Program-made: the position numbers and the translations under genes
Shown here: positions 62,083 to 64,000 of the stretch, piece after piece
How the letters are laid out: each line of letters begins with the position of its first letter
How positions within the stretch are numbered: the first letter of the stretch is position 1
Source of the DNA: a virus
Virus record (IMG/VR): IMGVR_UViG_3300021085_000019
Coordinates: 1 to 64,000 of that record
Reading direction: 5' to 3' (one strand)
Length of the DNA: 64,000 bases
Notes under the pieces: generated by a model
Databases searched by the model: none
The model's input: only the letters and a program-made list of their open reading frames with translations
Told to the model about the DNA's origin: nothing

Positions 62083-63590
62083 TGGATCAGATAGTAGTTA
62101 AAAAGAAAAATGAAGTCTTTTTAAGTATAGACACAGAGCCGAGCATAGAAATGGAACTATCCGAGCATTTTTGCTTTTATGTTCCTGGATATAAGTTCAT
62201 GCCGGCATATCGCAATCGTATGTGGGATGGTAAGATACGGCTATATGATTTGCGTAAACAACAGCTGTATAGTGGATTGTTTAAATATTTGTCTGAATTT
62301 GCAGACGCGCGAAATTATGAGATTGTGGTAGAAGATAATTCTGCTTTTGGTAGGCCTGATAGTACTGAGCTTCACGACATTCCCAGCTTCTTAAAAGATG
62401 TAACGCTTACGGCTAACGGAGATAGTATTACACCTAGGGATTATCAATTAGATGCGCTCTCACACGCGCTTCATAGAAAGAGTTCTTTGTTGTTAAGTCC
62501 AACTGCATCTGGAAAAAGCTTAATAATATATTTGGCCATTAGGTATTATCTTGAAATGTATGATAAGAATGTACTAATAATCGTTCCTACTACGTCACTA
62601 GTTGAACAGATGTATTCTGATTTCGGTGATTATTCAGCAAAGGATGAATGGTCGGTTGAGGATAATTGCCATAGAATATATTCTGGTAAAGAAAGATATA
62701 ACCTAAAACATAGAGTGATTATTACTACATGGCAGTCAATTTATAAGATGCAGAGCAATTGGTTTAAGGATTATGGAATGGTTGTTGGTGATGAGGCACA
62801 CAATTTTAAAGCTAAGTCGCTAACTGCAATATTAGAAAAATGTGTTAACGCACAATTTCGTATGGGTACTACTGGAACATTAGATGGTACACAAACCCAT
62901 CAGCTAGTATTAGAGGGGTTGTTTGGTCCTGTACATAAGGTCACAACAACTAAAAAGTTAATTGAAGAAAATTCTTTAGCACAATTAGATATCTTCGTGT
63001 TATTGTTAAAATACGGAGAAGAGTATCGCAAACTTGTGTCAAAGATGAAATATCAAGATGAGATTGATTTTATAGTAAAGTACGAACCAAGGAATAATTT
63101 TATATCTAACCTTGCTATGGATCAGGATGGTAATACACTTATTTTATTTCAATTTGTAGAAAAACACGGTAAGCCACTACATAATATGTTACGCGAGAAG
63201 TTTGACGCATTACCACGTAATACTAGGAGATTATTTTATGTATCAGGAGAGACCGACGTGGATACGAGGGAAGAGATACGAGCAATTACAGAGGAGCAGG
63301 ACAACGCGATTATTGTCGCGAGTATGGGCACTTTTTCTACTGGTATTAATATTAAGCGGCTCCATAACATTGTTTTTGCTTCACCAAGTAAGTCTCAGAT
63401 TAGGGTTCTTCAAAGTATCGGAAGAGGATTAAGGAAATCTGGGGATGGTATAAATACTAAAGTGTATGATATTGCTGATGATCTTCATTGGAAAAATAAG
63501 AAAAATTATACATTAGAGCACGCAGCTGAGAGAATTAAAATATACAGTCGCGAAAAATTTGACTACAAATTACACGATATAAATATATAA
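62082..63590 (+). CDS. uvsW: SF2 DNA helicase UvsW
   Basis: FYVPGYKFMPAYRNRMWDGKIRL; SPTASGKS; VPTTSLVEQM; GDEAH; GTFSTGINIKRLHN; LQSIGRGLR. Confidence 0.96.
   Translation: MDQIVVKKKNEVFLSIDTEPSIEMELSEHFCFYVPGYKFMPAYRNRMWDGKIRLYDLRKQQLYSGLFKYLSEFADARNYEIVVEDNSAFGRPDSTELHDIPSFLKDVTLTANGDSITPRDYQLDALSHALHRKSSLLLSPTASGKSLIIYLAIRYYLEMYDKNVLIIVPTTSLVEQMYSDFGDYSAKDEWSVEDNCHRIYSGKERYNLKHRVIITTWQSIYKMQSNWFKDYGMVVGDEAHNFKAKSLTAILEKCVNAQFRMGTTGTLDGTQTHQLVLEGLFGPVHKVTTTKKLIEENSLAQLDIFVLLLKYGEEYRKLVSKMKYQDEIDFIVKYEPRNNFISNLAMDQDGNTLILFQFVEKHGKPLHNMLREKFDALPRNTRRLFYVSGETDVDTREEIRAITEEQDNAIIVASMGTFSTGINIKRLHNIVFASPSKSQIRVLQSIGRGLRKSGDGINTKVYDIADDLHWKNKKNYTLEHAAERIKIYSREKFDYKLHDINI
63578..63585 (+). promoter_or_regulatory. 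T4-type late promoter embedded in the uvsW 3' end
   Basis: Exact TATAAATA, 5 nt before ATG 63591. Confidence 0.7.
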
Positions 63591-63962
63591 ATGGAAGCTA
63601 TAGATATAAGACACTTTAAACTAACGAATGGCGAAGATCTAATTTGCTATGTCCAGTCGACAAATGAGCATGCCTTTATTGTAGAACGGCCTGCGGCCGT
63701 ACGGGTTTCACCCGCTGGTATATGGACTTTTGCCGATTGGTTTCCATTTTCAGAAAAGAAAGTATTTAAAATAATGAAGCGGTTTGTCATTAATCATACG
63801 GAAGTAGTAGACGAAACAAAAGAGTCATATATAAAGTACTCTTGTCAAGATATGATTAAGAAAGTTCGAGAAACAGTAGAATCGTTTGAAGAATATGGTG
63901 ATGAAATTAATATTGATGAAGCCTTTGAATTTGATGCGGAAGAGAACAAAACAATACATTAG
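63591..63962 (+). CDS. Conserved hypothetical protein after uvsW (possible Sm-like fold)
   Basis: IRHFKLTNGEDLIC...W.PFS pattern; acidic tail ending TIH. Confidence 0.6.
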   Translation: MEAIDIRHFKLTNGEDLICYVQSTNEHAFIVERPAAVRVSPAGIWTFADWFPFSEKKVFKIMKRFVINHTEVVDETKESYIKYSCQDMIKKVRETVESFEEYGDEINIDEAFEFDAEENKTIH

Positions 63963-64000
63963 TATACCCCTACCTCACCGGTGGACTCTTATATTATATC

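Noticed and set aside
52180-63590. Introns, inteins or homing endonucleases in gp17, gp20, gp23 or uvsW
   Set aside because: All ORFs are continuous and of normal length, with no splicing or endonuclease motifs seen.
1-64000. Host assignment, tRNAs, auxiliary metabolic or defence genes, alternative genetic code
   Set aside because: None visible. Genes read through intact in the standard code with TAA, TAG and TGA all used as stops, and structural genes alone do not identify the host.

Overview
A 64-kb segment of a T4-like myovirus genome (AT-rich; gene content and order resemble marine T4-like phages, but the host cannot be determined from this window). All credible genes are on the + strand and form the late morphogenesis module. 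The order is: 3' end of the baseplate spike (gp5-like), gp25, gp6, gp7, gp8, a VrlC/DUF4815-like protein, a ~37-kb block of 14 fibre, adaptor, lectin and beta-helix genes where T4 has gp9-gp12/wac, then gp13-gp20, an uncalled gp67-like ORF, gp21-gp23, a UUCG terminator, gp3, uvsY, uvsW and a small conserved ORF. At least 17 perfect T4 late promoters (TATAAATA) punctuate the region. Four observations stand out. (1) The fibre block appears to be a plug-and-socket daisy chain: C-terminal (D/I)GG(T/E)Y tails are followed by genes starting with Mtd_N-like domains, and other N- and C-terminal caps pair up further along. (2) Individual fibre genes have structured 5' leaders and weak start codons. (3) Four late promoters sit exactly 5 nt before an ATG, implying leaderless late mRNAs. 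(4) The 2830-aa fibre has co-varying His pairs that suggest many metal sites. No tRNA, rRNA, CRISPR array, intron, intein or mobile element was seen. Family assignments come from motif recognition and synteny, not from database searches.
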